Shown piece after piece: positions 27,385-40,639 of a DNA stretch of 64,000 bases. Location: NCBI RefSeq assembly GCF_009914755.1, contig NC_060944.1; one strand, written 5' to 3'. The number at the start of each line of letters is the position of its first letter. Position 1 is the first letter of the stretch. A model generated the notes under the pieces. That model worked only from the letters and a program-made list of their open reading frames with translations. It did no database searches and was not told where the DNA came from. The stretch comes from the human T2T-CHM13v2.0 reference genome, Homo sapiens. The position numbers and the translations under genes were made by a program.

Positions 27385-30300
27385 CCCACCTATACATTTC
27401 TGTGTAGCTCAAGGGCAATGAGCCATTCTTGCCTAAAATATTTAAAGGAGAACAGTGAGTGCCAATTCTTTTCTAGGAATGGAAGCTGAAAGAAAGAATA
27501 GAAGGAAGAAGATGTCCTCTATACTACCTCATTCCTCTGCTGTAGGCCAGGCCTGCCTGTTTTCTCTGAAGTTCTAAGTGCCTGTGTGAAATTCTGTTGC
27601 TTGTTCTTTGCTGAACAAATATCTATTGCAATGCCACATTTTGGAATTTTCTTGGGAAAGCCAAGGCCTTTGATTTGTAGCTTTTATAATCCATGTTACC
27701 CCACCCTCCTGGAGCCTTGGGATATAGACAAGGAGGAGAACATAGCACTACTCTAACCTCACAGTATTCTCCTTAAACTAAAAAACAAAAAACAAAAATA
27801 AACCCCCAAACTCCGAAGAAACAGACAGTCTTAATACGATGCATGTGGTTATATTTTAGCTCAAATTGAAATCAGCTATGCAGATCCCAAAGATATTCAG
27901 ATTCTACTTCTTTTTGTTTCTAAATGTGTTTCTATTATATTACAGAGATAATTGAATGGAATAATTTGCCTGGTTCTACAAGCAATTTGGATTCTTGTAA
28001 TAGTTGCCTTTTGATTTTCCATAAATGACATATTTTAAATCACAGAATAGCTGCATGGGTTATTACAGAAAGTAGCAAATGGTAAACAGTAAGACTTGCT
28101 GTTTTCCTAAAAGCTCATGAGTTAGGAACATGCTTACTTTCAGTCACTTCATTTGCTTGGAGTCCTCTGATTTAGCTTCAGAGTTCTACTTCCATTTCCC
28201 TAAATGAAGAAACTTCGTTTAGAGAAAATTCATTGAGGACAGGGTGTTGGTTCTACATCTAACCCATGTTTGGGAGTCTCAGTAAAGTTTCATGGGGCAG
28301 TGTCCAGTTTCCCTATCAACATAATGACTGAAAAGAATATTTATTCTGTTTTAATTTCCACTGTAGGGAGGGTGTCAGGAGCAAGGAGTTATTGGCTAAG
28401 CTTCTAACACAGCTAGGTCTACGATGGGCATGATTGTAAGTTCAAAGAACCTGAAAAGACCTGCATCTTAACCAGGTACCAGGCTGATTGTTAAGAAGGG
28501 TGTGGAGCATGGGAGAAATTCCTTGGGTCTTACATAACAATGAGATCTATATATCAGCAAGTCTGCTAATAAAGGCTTCACTTTATTTCTGGGCTCCACC
28601 TAACTTTGTCCATCTGCCATTTGTGGTTACACCCTCAAGCAATTTTCCTAATGCCCCACTCCCTGTGGTACCACATTTTTTTCTTTTGACAATAATTTTT
28701 TCTTATTGACACTTTATTTTTCTCTACCCAACCCAAGGCTAGAATTTTATGGTAATTCCCATCTGAGGCCGCCATATTCTGACATGGCCTTAGCACTCTT
28801 TCTCTTAGATAATGTCTTTCTATTGCCTAACATTTCCCCCTTCTTCATTCCATAATATTTATCTTGCCAGGTGAGCTTTTAGGGAGCACAAAAGAGAACT
28901 GAACCAAATGTTTGGTTATTTCCCTTTGACAGGTAGCCTGAAGGCTACTAGATACTTTTCCAGAACGATGTTCTTAAGAGTTTGATTCTGCAATGTTTGC
29001 TTGATTTGGCATGGGTGTTCCAGTTGTCCTTCTTAGATAAATGGGAGGAAATACAATAATGTCAGAGAATGTCAGGCAAATGATGTGATTTTATTACAAT
29101 AGCCTAAGAATGATTTTAAAGCTTTTGGAAGACAAATTACAGAGAGAAAAACTTTGCAATAAAAAATGCAGCTTAGCAAAGTAGAATCATCCTCCAAATA
29201 TTGTCATGACAAGTCTAAAATTAAAAATAGCAGAAAATAAAGTAATCGCATAGTAGAAAATATAGTAATCGCATCTGACAACAAAATAATTTAACAAAAC
29301 TTACCTGGACATGACATAAGAAGAGAGAAGTCAGGTATAGTTTAGGTAAAGATAAAAATGGTCATAGAATTGGACACATGTATACAGATAAATTTGTGTA
29401 TTTAATAGATCTGATCATATTTGATAGATTATGTACATATCAGAAGTTGAAACTTTTCATCAGTCTCCTTCACACAGCTTTGCACACTTTGCTTTCATTC
29501 TGTTGTGTTGCCCTGGGAATTCATCGTAACTTGAAAAAAGTGGTGTCTTTATTCTTGTTTTTCCATGGCAATGCCAGCCAAAGAAGCATTTTCAGTTCCC
29601 TGCTCCATACTCATTCATGCAATGAGTTATTTTCACATTTTAGAGGTGCCTGATTTCTTAGGATTTCTTCATACCTTAAGGTTCTGTTTGTCATTGAAAT
29701 GGGACAGGCTGTGCTGACATTGAAAAGCTGGTGAGTTCATCCTAAGATAATGAAGTCATCGTTGACCCCTCTCATGGACATCTTTGTGAGCTCATACTGA
29801 GTTCTAAGTCCAACTTAAACAAATTGTGACATATCATCTAGGAATATGATTGTGGAATTACATGACCACAGATACTCCCAAGGTACTGAACACATTATTG
29901 AGTGGTGTTAGAGGACTGAGCCAAGGAAACATTCTGGAAACTTAAGTAGAGAGAGGCTGAGAGAGAGAGAGATGGAGAGAGAGATGTGGTTCAGATATCC
30001 CTAGAAAATGGAGGAGACTCTGAGCAGTAGAAAAAGCTGCCGAAATGCATTGCCATGGACCTGACCTTTGATGGTAACTTATTTAGCAAAAGCAGAATTG
30101 TTTTTTTGTTTCCATATTTCATTTCCCTCCCCTTGAAGATAGAAACATGCCCATTTGGCTGGAAAGATGTCCATATTACATCCTAAATCATTTCCTTTGT
30201 AAGGAATATTTTTGCAAAAAATCCTTATAGTAATTCCCGGGTATAGAACAATAAATGTTTTACTATAATTGCCTTCAGAGTTTCATAGTGTTTTCTTCCT

Positions 30301-30520
30301 CTCTCTCACCTTCAAAATTAAATTCGTAATGCCCTCTTCATGTGCTTCACATATATTTCTGTAAAATCATTAAATTCAAGGGCCTGAAAATAAACAATCT
30401 TTAACTGGCATCTTAAGATGCTCAATACAAAATGTAAATACAGCCATTTGAATTTTTTCAAACGTCTTTTTGGGAAGGAAAAACTAACATATTTGATATC
30501 AAGTTTACAAGAACTACTAT

Positions 30521-30530
30521 TTCTCTTTTT

Positions 30531-30590
<60 letters not shown>

Positions 30591-30625
30591 TTCTTTCTTT
30601 CTTTTTCTTTCTTTCTTTCTTTTTT
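30521..30625. repeat. (TTTC)n microsatellite derived from the Alu A-tail
   Basis: Directly visible and contiguous with the Alu 3' end. Confidence 0.95.
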
Positions 30626-30893
30626 GAGACGGAGTTTCACACTTGTTGCCCAGGCTGGAGTGCAGTGGCGATCTCGGCTCACTGCAACCTCCGCCTCTTG
30701 GGTTCAAGGGATTCTCCTGCCTCAGCCTCCTGAATAGTTGGGATTACAGGCGCTCACCACCACACCTGGCTAATTTTTGTATTTTTAGTAGAGACAGGGT
30801 TTGAGCATGTTGGGCAGGCTGGACTCAAACACCTGACCTTAGGTGATCTGCCAGCCTCGGCCTCCCAAAGTGCTGGGATTACAGCGCCCAGCC
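30626..30893 (-). mobile_element. AluS (Sq/Sp-like) with a small deletion near its 5' end
   Basis: gagtttcacacttgttgcccagg; TSD (c)tatttct at 30517-30524 and 30893-30900. Confidence 0.9.
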
Positions 30894-31728
30894 TATTTCT
30901 GACTTAAAATATTATTTTTGCTTTTTTCCTTGGTAGAATAGTCTGACCAGTTTATGCCTATTATAATTTTTGAAGAATATTTAAGGAATAAGGCACTAAA
31001 GTGAATAATATGAGGTTGATGATGATTAAGCTTAGAGAAGATGTCTGCTCCTGCTGCTAAGATGCTTGCTGTATCTGAAGATCTGGAAGTAATAATGGCT
31101 TTGTCATATTAAATTAGATATCCCTGTTCTTAGGGACAAAGTGCACACAATAGAAACCTGATATAGCCTTACTTGCCCTTGCCCTTGTACCTGTCCTTTG
31201 TCTGTTACCTTGTCCTCAATGCTGGAAATCTAAAGAGGAGAGTACACTTTAGTGGAAAGACTATTTGAAGATATCATTTGGGTTTATGATGAGTTTATTG
31301 GATAAGTTAGGGTCACATAGTAAAAATCTTACTTTCACCCAGAAGCTGGCATTTATGGAGCAAGTTGCTAAAAAGTTCTTTAATTGGCTGAGGAATTAAT
31401 GTATTTGCTACTAAGATCTATGGGAAATATTTTTCCAAGTGTACATAGAATGATGTAAACTTTAAATATTTGCATTGATTATTTCTATTGCAGACGAAAA
31501 AATAGCAGCAACAGCAGCAGTGACAGGAGCAACAGTAGGACGGTGACCATAAAATTCATTTGCACAAACTGGGATATTTTTGAAAATGAAAGCAGGTGCT
31601 ACATGACGAAGGGCAGGGCAGCCAGTTTAAACCAGAACATTTGATAACCATAAGAGTAGTAATAGTAGAAGTGTAGTGATAATGCATAATTCCATAATCC
31701 AATTGGTCCAGTCCAATAAGGATATAGT

Positions 31729-31799
31729 CACACACACACACACATGCACACGCACACACACACGCATACGCATACGTGTGCACACACACACATACACAC
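31729..31799. repeat. Compound (CA)n/(CG/TG) purine-pyrimidine tract
   Basis: Directly visible. Confidence 0.9.
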
Positions 31800-31809
31800 T
31801 CCAGTGTCT

Positions 31810-32790
31810 AAAAGATATGCCGTTATTTACAACAGCCAAGACATGGAATCCACCTAAGTGTCCATCAACAGATGAATGGATAAAGAAAATATGATATTTA
31901 AAATAATATTCCATTGTGTGTATATATAGTGCTCAGTCTTTTAAAAAGGAGATTTGTCATTTGTCACAACATGGATGAACCTGGAGGACATTATGCTAAG
32001 GTAAATAAATCAGGCACAGAAAGACAAATGCTTTATAATCTCACTTATATAATCGTCCCTCGGTATCCATGGAAGATTGGTTCCAGAATTTCCTGCAGAT
32101 ACCAAAATCCATGGATGCTCAAGTCCCTTATATAAAGATGGTGTAGTATTTGCATATAACCTATACATCCTCTTGTATAACTTAAGTAATCCCTAGATTT
32201 ATTATAATACTTAAGAGAATGTAAATGTTACATAAGTAGTTGTTTTACTGTATTGTTCAGGGAATAATACAAGATAAAAAAGTCTGAACATAGTCAGTAC
32301 AGATACAACCATCCTTTTTTCCAAATATTTTCAATCTGTGGTTGGTTGAATCCATGGATGGGGAACTCAGGGGTACAGAGGACTGACTGTATATGTAATA
32401 GAAAACAGTTGAAGTCATAGAAGCAGAGAGTCGAATGGTGGTTTCCAGTGGGGATAAGATGGAGGGGAATCGAGAGTTGTTGATTGAAAGGTACAAAATT
32501 TGAATTGTGCAGAATGAATGAGTTTTGGGGCTCTAATGTACAGCATGGTGACTATGGTAAACAATGGAACATTGTGTACTTGAAATTTACTAAGAGAGTA
32601 GATCTTGACTGTTCCCACCACACACACAAACAAAGGTAACTATGTGAAGTGATGGATGTGTTAATTAGCTTGCTTGTGGTAATCATTTCACAATGCATAC
32701 ATATATCAAAACATCATGTCATACATTGTACATATATATAATTTTTATTTGTCAACTGAACCTCAATAAAGCTGAAAAAAACAAAAAATT
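31810..32790 (+). mobile_element. L1MA-type 3' end interrupted by MER2
   Basis: acagccaagacatggaatccacctaagtgtccatcaacagatgaatggataaag ... ggtaactatgtgaagtgatgg ... ctcaataaagctgaaaaaa. Confidence 0.85.
32050..32389. mobile_element. MER2 (TcMar-Tigger MITE) inserted at a TA
   Basis: tcgtccctcggtatccatgg...ggttgaatccatggatg...gaggactgactg; TA on both flanks. Confidence 0.9.
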
Positions 32791-34809
32791 GGAAATAATA
32801 CAGTTCTTTACTTACATTTCTTGAATTCCATGAAGAATAAAAAAAAATACTATGAGAACATAACTACAAATCTCCTTTTTCCTTTCAACCAACTTCAACA
32901 AATTTCCTCACATACCAGACCAGCTCCTTTCTCCTCAGGACCTCTTAAAGTTCCTAAATCTGCCTTGGCCTGTACGCTTCTTTTTGGTTTTTTTTCCTCT
33001 GCTTTGTTTATGTTTATTCTGCAATACATAAGCCCCAAAGATCTAGTCTGGTTAGTCCAGACCCTTCTGGGGAAACCAGAGGAGAAGAAGAAACTAAGCT
33101 GGCAAAGTGTAATCCTCTTAGCTGGCAGGTAGTGGGCAAATCTGCTACTAGTCATCTATTAATAGCCTTGGTCCCATGCCAGTAGCTTATATTAATAGAG
33201 AATCTTCTATATGCCTGGTGCTGTGATAAAATTAAAATCCTCCCCTAAATCAATTACCATTGAAATGGATGCTCTTGATAGCTCCGTTTTGCAGGGGAGA
33301 AGGCTGAGGCTTGCTTGCTAAGGTAGGAGAGTTGCTCCAGGGATGGAGCCAGGACATAAACTTGGCAGTCTGTTAAGGAGCTGATGCTCTTAGATAGCAT
33401 GTTCACAGCAAAACTTTGACCTGTTGTTAGTGGGATTGCTTAATGATAATAAAAACCCTTACTCTAAATGCTCTATAATAAAACATGCCCAGCTTTAAGT
33501 ACGTGGTAATCCTAGCAAATGTTCTTTCTGACTTTGAAAATCATTCTGGTGTGAATGGGGTATCTAGAAGAGATCTTTCTGATAAAAGAGTTTAATATGA
33601 AAATAAATGCATATGAATTCAGGTTCTTTGGAATACTTACACAAAAGTGAACAGAACACACAGTGAGAATGGGCTATTTTTCCTTCAGTTGGAAGGGGCT
33701 GTCATTGGCTGAGTTTAGCTGCTTTTGCCAGAAAGACATCAACCATTTTTAATGTTCTGACTATTTTTTATGACTGCCTGAAGGATATCAGATGAGCTGT
33801 CTGTTGTAAATCAATAATAATTTGCTCTAGAGTAATGAGGAACTAAAACTGTTTCTAATAAATCTCCAAATACTTAGCATACTTTAAAAACCAATTGTTT
33901 CATGAGAATTAGATTTCTTCTCTGTCCTTAAGAAAGAGCTGAGGGTGGAGGGAGGCAGAAACACTAGCCAAACATTTTGGAACAGAGAAATGTGAAAACA
34001 GTGAATGAAGGCATATGAATTCCAAGGCTTTGTTTTGTAATCTCAGCTGTTCAGAGGCACGCTCTGTGGTGCAAATTGGTACAACTTACAGCAAGTCAGA
34101 TGCCACTGTGCAGTTTCTTTAGAAAAGCTCATTGGCTACAAACTGATCATAGCCTTCAGTATCAACTAAGTAACTAGAATATATTGAAAATAGCTGAATT
34201 CTAGTTAAATCATAGCCTCTGCCTCCTGGCAGTGCTCTGTAATGACTGGGTAACTGGAGCATGTCTTGGAATGTGGAGGGATGGGTCCCACTGTCTGTCT
34301 AGTCTTTTTTTTTGGTATTTAGAATGCATCATGGGAAAAGAAAAATGTAAGCTCAATCCATCCATTAATTTGATACTGTTATAAGTATATTTTTCCTGGG
34401 GACTTTCTTATGAAATTGGAAGGGGAAAAGAAATCCACTGGGGAGGGGAGAAAGAGAGAAATATTTTTTTCCCTAACTGTGTCTGCATGATTCTGAGGAT
34501 ATGCCAAAATCTTAAGAGTAATCTAGTGGTTAATAAACTGCTGTAGTTGCTATTCATCAGACAAAGGAAAGCAAATGATTGCTTGTAGAATCCCTGCCCC
34601 CAAATCTCAGGCTTATTTTGTGGAAGGAATGAAAATAGTAAAGAATACTGTGGCGGGACAATGGTGTCCTCTGAGCCGGGTTTCCTGTCTCTAACAGAGC
34701 TTTCCCTTTAGCGAGTTTCAGTGAATGTAAGAATTTCAGTTTCTGGGTATTCTAATGCAAAAAGCTTAATTTCAATAATACAATTCTGTATAATAAAATC
34801 AGCTAAGAG

Positions 34810-35200
34810 TCTGTGGGAAAGATCTGACCCTATTTTTGCTCTTACTTCATCCTTGGGTTTATATTACTAGACCATATTTCTCTGATAGCTTGATGTGGTC
34901 ATGTGCCTGAGGTCTGTGCAATGCAAGGTGTGCAAAAGTGATGGGTGGTACTTCCAGGACTGGCTTATAAAGCCCTCTCATGTGCCATCTCCTTTCCCAT
35001 CTGACTGAATGATGAGGGTCCCTAAGACCTAAGAGAGGACAGACTCACAATCGGAAGGTGCCCAAGACCCTGGATGATCACATGGAAGCCTACCCCACCA
35101 GAAAAGTCCATTACTGGCCAGTGACAGGCATGGTAATTAAAGCATTATCATGTCAAGTCCCTGAGATTTAGGGATTGCTTTTCATAGCAGCTAGCCTTAC
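34810..35200 (+). mobile_element. Old MaLR LTR (MLT1I/J-like)
   Basis: gtggtcatgtgcctgagg...cttccaggactggc...gagatttagggattgcttttcatagcagc. Confidence 0.6.
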
Positions 35201-35369
35201 TTTATTAATACTGGATTGGTTTATGTCATGACTAGGGTGATGGCCTTGTTTGATGATAATGATCCTGTTCTCTATGTGAGGTTGTCTAGATTCTGGTCCT
35301 GGCCTCTGCCTGTTAGTTTTTCAGCAGCAAAATGTAGAGTTTGCACCAAAGCCTTTAAGATTAGTTAGA

Positions 35370-36230
35370 GTTTAGAGGTTTTTTTGGTTGACAGAAACTC
35401 TGACAAACTTAAGCCAAAGGAATTTGTCATGAGGACACAGGTGGCTCATGGTATGAAAAATGCTGTTAGAGAACCAGGCTCAGAGAGGGCAAGAATTAGG
35501 GAAGATCCAGGAATCCAGGAAGCAAGAGGTACTTAAAAATCTTGTCGCGGGCTGCCTCTGAGATTTATCATAAGTATTTTCTATTCTTGCCTTTTGGTTA
35601 AATTTTGCTATGTAAAAAAACTTTGTGGCTTAATACCACTACCTTTTAATAGCTCATGGTTTTGTAGGTCGAAAATTTGGGCTGGACTTAGCTGAAGTTT
35701 TCTACAGATCTGGGCCAGATCAAGCCAGGTTCACTCATGCATCTGCCATCCCCTGCCAGGTCAGTGAAGGCTGGTCCATCTAAGACGGCCCAAATGGATG
35801 GTTTGTTTTTGCTCCACGTGGTCTCTCAACTTCCATCAGGTGAGCAAGGACTTGTTCACACAGCAAGTGAGCAGGGATCCAAGAGGGGTGTAGAAGTGTG
35901 CAAGGTCTCATGAGGCCCATGCTCAGAACCTTCACAATGTCACTTCTGCTATATTCTATTGGCGAAAGCAAGTTACAAGGCCAGCCCAGATTTAAAGAGT
36001 GGGAACCCCACCTCTTGATGAGAGGAGCTGCCAGATTCATGTTGCAAAGTGGAATAGATGTGGGGCAGTGGTGGAGAAGAATGGTGGCCATTTTTGCAAT
36101 TCATTAAACCTTGCTTGGATCATAGGTTTACTCCTTGAGTAGGGGCGGGCTGGCCAATTTCATACTCCTCCTAAGAGTGAGCTGAATGTGGGAGAAGTTA
36201 GTTCCCATAAGGAAATTAGAATGAAGCGCG
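35370..36230 (-). mobile_element. Nested MaLR LTRs (an MLT1F/G-like copy at about 35610-36105 inside an older MLT1K-like copy)
   Basis: atagctcatggttttgtaggtc...cacttctgctatattctattggc...tcttgatgagaggagctgc...ggccatttttgcaat. Confidence 0.6.
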
Positions 36231-37465
36231 AGATGTTCTGAGTAAGGTAGGTAGATCTGATTTTGAAACCCACCATCATTATCTAGATGTGAGACCTGAG
36301 CAAAACACAGAAACTCTTAGGACTACTTTGTCATCTGCATGACGGGTTAAGTAATATTTACTGACAAAGTCGTGATAATTAGAGATTATAAAAGGAAGGG
36401 ACATGTACCATGTTTATATATAAGTGGCATCCACTAACTTCTCAAGTTTTCACCTCGAATTGACACAAGGAAATGAAGGGAGATGTGTCTATTCTAAACA
36501 GTTTTTCCTTTTGGTTCTTTTGAAAATAAGGCATGATAACTTTGACACTAAGGCTCAACCTACTTTTGCTTTCACAGCATTTAGAAGTGTTATTCACTAA
36601 GATCTGTCTTTACCATTCTCAGGAATTGGGTTTGCTCCAGGGCTGTTTCAGTGGCCACATTGTATCCATAAGCTTTATCCTTCCTTATTGGTTATGTGGC
36701 AGGGCTGTCATTCTGATTGACTGGAGCCCATGCTGCAATGATTGTTAAATATTGTGAATATCCCCACGACTGTATCTAAGAAACACCCCACAACCTTAAC
36801 AAATTTTGTTTTCTTCTTCTGGGAAGTACTGTGGCTTTGTGGAACCTGAGGTAGCATTTGTTTCTGAAAGTGTTTGACAAATGTGTGTTGAATGAACATT
36901 TGAGAGTGAATGAATAGGTAAATGAATGATTTGGTGTAATGTCTTAGTTTCCTGGTGACAGTTTAAAAAAAAAAAAAGAAATGTCTTGATTAAGTGCAGA
37001 CAATAATCTATCTTGGAAAGCTGCTAGAAGAGATATTTCAGGGATAGAATTGCAGATGTAAACTATAACAAAACTGCCTGTTTGCTTTATTTCTCTTTCT
37101 TCAGCCTGTTTATCTTTTCAGTCTCAACTAGCTCTTGAAATAAATAATACTGGGGTTTGCCATCTGGGGTGGAAAGCTGAATTTTATTAATTTGTTCTAA
37201 AACTAGCTGTTTTGAGCTTTGGGGATTACATGCAGGGAGTGTATCTCCTTGTCTTTAAAATTAAGATTTGGTGTACAGGTCAATGGTAGCTTTGCCAGTG
37301 GAATCCCAAAGTGCATTAGGAATATAGGTGGGGATTAAAGCAGCATAACTGAGATCCTATGCTCAGGACCACCATGGCCCCCACCCACACCCCTGCCATC
37401 ACACCCAGCACCCCCTTGCTTTTTGAGTGTTAAAAATGATTTTTTCGCCCTCTCTGCTGTATTTT

Positions 37466-37483
37466 TCCACACTAGAGGGCTCT
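37466..37483 (+). promoter_or_regulatory. Candidate CTCF motif
   Basis: CACTAGAGGGC(TC) at 37470-37480 matches the CTCF core; motif match only. Confidence 0.4.
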
Positions 37484-38875
37484 GGGTAATTTTAGCCAGT
37501 TTGTCCAGTTTGTGCTGTGTCCTCCGCTATCCACTTGGAATCTAAAAGATCACAGGAAGAGGACAGAGAATGACTAGCAAAGCCCTCGTGAAGCAACTGA
37601 GTTTTCATCAGGACATAGCAGATGCTGTGTGCAAAAAAGATCCCATTTGGAATGCCTGGATGATAGATACACTTTTTGATTTTCAGGCAGAAACCTCTAA
37701 GGCATTAATTGGGAAGGGGTACAAAGGTAGAGTGACCATATCAACTGTATGTACTAGTTTGTCTGGGACATTCAGCTCTACATCTTTTGTCCTGTTTTCT
37801 ATCCAGGTTAGCATTTGTCCAAGATATTTCCCCTTAAGTGAAAAATTATTATCGGTATTTGTGTTAAAATAACCTGGGATAGACTTGGAAGACCTCTGCA
37901 TTGTGCTTTCACTTCTTCCATGACCTTGCCTAAAAGTGAGTGAGACGCACATGAAATAAACAGAGTTTTCATTTCAACAAGTGGTCAAATCTGAAAAGAA
38001 ACAGAGATGATCCATTTTTCTCTTCCTAACTCTTTCCAGATGCATCAAAATCAACATATCCCTTTCAAGGGAAGCATGCATTGTGTAGTCAGGCAGAAGT
38101 AGCTACTGTTGGGTAACTTTTTCTGGATATAGTGGTGGGAGAGGAGCTCAAGGCTCTGTCCCTATTGGACATTCAGTTTCCAACCAGTTATGCCATGGTT
38201 CTCCTGAGGCTGACTGTATGATGCTCGCAAGGCATGCTTCAAAGAGATTAGTTAAGGTGGCTCCATTAATGGGTTGAATGGTTTTTTTCTCACCTAGTTC
38301 ATGGAATTTAAGTAAAGGTTTTAGAAGTTCACTCTGACAAAGAAAAACTATATTTTTGTAAATGAGCTTCTTGCTCAAAATCAGTTGGGAATATTTAAAT
38401 CAAAGTATTCAATGGACTAAGTGTCAAGAAGTCAGCAGTTGAAACTCTTAGGGACCTGCAATTGTTGACAACAAAGCTTGCAGGCAGGAAGATATTCAAA
38501 TTTATTTCTACACAATATACATATTAAACAGTGAAAGCTCAAATGGCGTGTACAATTTCCATTTGAAAGTCTATAATTATGCTATGGAAAAACTCACCTT
38601 GTGGTAAGAAACTATTGATAGACCTCCTGTTTTTAACAGAATAAAGTTGCATTGCATATACTGAAATAAAATAAAATTGAGAAGGTCTGTGATTCTGTTA
38701 CATTTATGTTTAGCGAAACATTCAAAAGTATCATAAAGTTTTTTTTGATAAGTTTTGCTTGTAAAATATTTGCCTAATACAAGCACTCTGAGGACAGGCA
38801 AAAAGTCAGTACATATACAGTACATATTTTAGGGCTGAAACAACATTTTTATATTTTAGTAAAGAATAATAGCAT

Positions 38876-39196
38876 TGCTATGGATTGAGTTGTGTGTTCC
38901 CCAGATTTATATTTTGAAGCTCTACCCCACAGTGTCACTGTATTTAGAGATAGAACTTTTCGGAGGTAATAAAAGTTAAATGAGGTCATAAGAGTGGAGC
39001 TCTGACCCAAAGGAAGGGAGCTTTCTCTTCCTCTCTCCCTTTGGACACAGCAAGAAGTGGCTGTCTATAAACCAGAAAGAGAGCCTTCATGAGAAACTGA
39101 ATCCACTAGCACCTTGATCTTGGACTTCTCAGTCTCTAGAATTATAAGAAATAATACCCAATCTGTGGTGTTTTGTTATATAAGCTTGAACTGACT
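38876..39196 (+). mobile_element. MaLR MLT1A-like LTR
   Basis: tgctatggattgagttgtgt...ttaaatgaggtcataag...caccttgatcttggacttc. Confidence 0.8.
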
Positions 39197-39231
39197 TGTA
39201 CAATATTCATTTAGCAAAACTTACTGTGAGC

Positions 39232-39532
39232 TTGGTAGGTATCACAGCCAATGTCAAGGGATATTTTTTCTTTAAAACAATAGAGAAATTCACATACTTT
39301 AATCATGCGATTTTGAAAAGATCTCAGGTATTTTATAAAAATAAGAAAAATAATAAGATAATATTGAAGACATATTACCAGGTTGGTAGGTATCACAGCC
39401 AATGTCAAGGGATATTTTTTCTTTAAAACAATAGAGAAATTCACATACTTTAATCATGTGATTTTGAAAAGATCTCAGGCATTTTATAAAAATAAGAAAA
39501 ATAATAATATTGAAGACATATTAAAATACCAG
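39232..39532. repeat. Two-copy direct tandem duplication, 150-bp unit
   Basis: Copies at 39232-39381 and 39383-39532 differ by two substitutions and two 5-bp indels. Confidence 0.95.
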
Positions 39533-39999
39533 TAATATGGTATGAGTCCCATGTGGCTAAAAAAACCCCAATTAATATATATAAATATATACCAAGAAAA
39601 ACTGTTTTGCTTACGTTATTTTTAATGTTCATATAATAAACATTGTATTTAAAATAATTTTAATATATATGGATATATTCTATGTTGATTAAAAAATATT
39701 ATTTTTCAAAAATAGTTTTGACTAGAACTATTTTATAGTTCCACCAACAAATTAAAATCAATAATTAATTTTTAAAATTTCAAAATATCATTTAGATTTA
39801 TTACCACTCTTAACCACTTTGTTTCTCTCTTAAAATTGTTCTAGGTTGGACCATATATTATGGGAGCACCTTTTGCAAGGATGAAATACTCAGTCTGGGT
39901 AAGGCATTTTCATTGAAGCTTGTAGCTGTTTGTTTAGTTATTTAAATCAGGTTGATGGATGTAAAGTGAGCTCCTTCTACTCACCTGAAGCAGAAACAG

Positions 40000-40370
40000 T
40001 GCTAGGTGATACTCAGATCTCTGGGCACCCAAGAAGACTCCAAATCTCAGCATCTCTTGAAATAGGTGGCAATGTGTAACAGCATTCTAGCCAATGTAAC
40101 ATATTTTACGTCCAGGACTGGCCCCTAAAACATTTTGCATGATCCTTCAACATTCTTTTTTCCTTTCCTACTAGATGGATGGGAATAATTCAGCTGGGGA
40201 TTTGGAGGCCCTAAAGGGCAGTGTAGCCAATGGACAGGTGATCCCAGGTACCTGCATGAGTGGAGGCAGGCCCTTCCTGCAGACCTGCACTGAACTATAA
40301 CATGGGCAGTAAGTAACTATACTTTGTGTTAAGCCACTATGATGTGGGGCTGTTTGTTACAACTGCAAAG
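40000..40370 (+). mobile_element. Old MaLR LTR (MLT1J-like)
   Basis: ttctagccaatg...tccaggactggcccc...tgtgttaagccact...gggctgtttgttacaactgca. Confidence 0.6.
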
Positions 40371-40639
40371 ATTGCTGTCCTTGATTAATGCACCATGCAA
40401 TGTTCTCCCAGGCTTAGTTTCTCTGCTTGATTGCTCTCTTCATGTTCAACTCTTATATGAGTTGGTGACACTTTGGTTGAAACATTTCCAAGGACTGAAG
40501 AATACGTTTATTATCAAACCAACTGATTATGAAAATAATCTGTATTTTTAAGGTATGTGAAGGAGTAGGTATACATTTGTGCTTTGGGCCAATTTTATAT
40601 CTTTAAAATAAAAATACATTAAATAAGCAGGTAATATTA

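Noticed and set aside
30318-30707. Lys/Glu/Arg-rich and Phe/Leu/Ser-rich ORFs
   Set aside because: They are translations of the (TTTC)n tract and Alu sequence.
33600-34400. Repeat-poor stretch that might be a conserved non-coding element
   Set aside because: I saw no distinctive motif cluster and cannot support it without conservation data.
39232-39532. Direct repeats as a CRISPR-like array or LTR pair
   Set aside because: There are only two adjacent 150-bp copies, with no spacers, no LTR termini, and a eukaryotic context.
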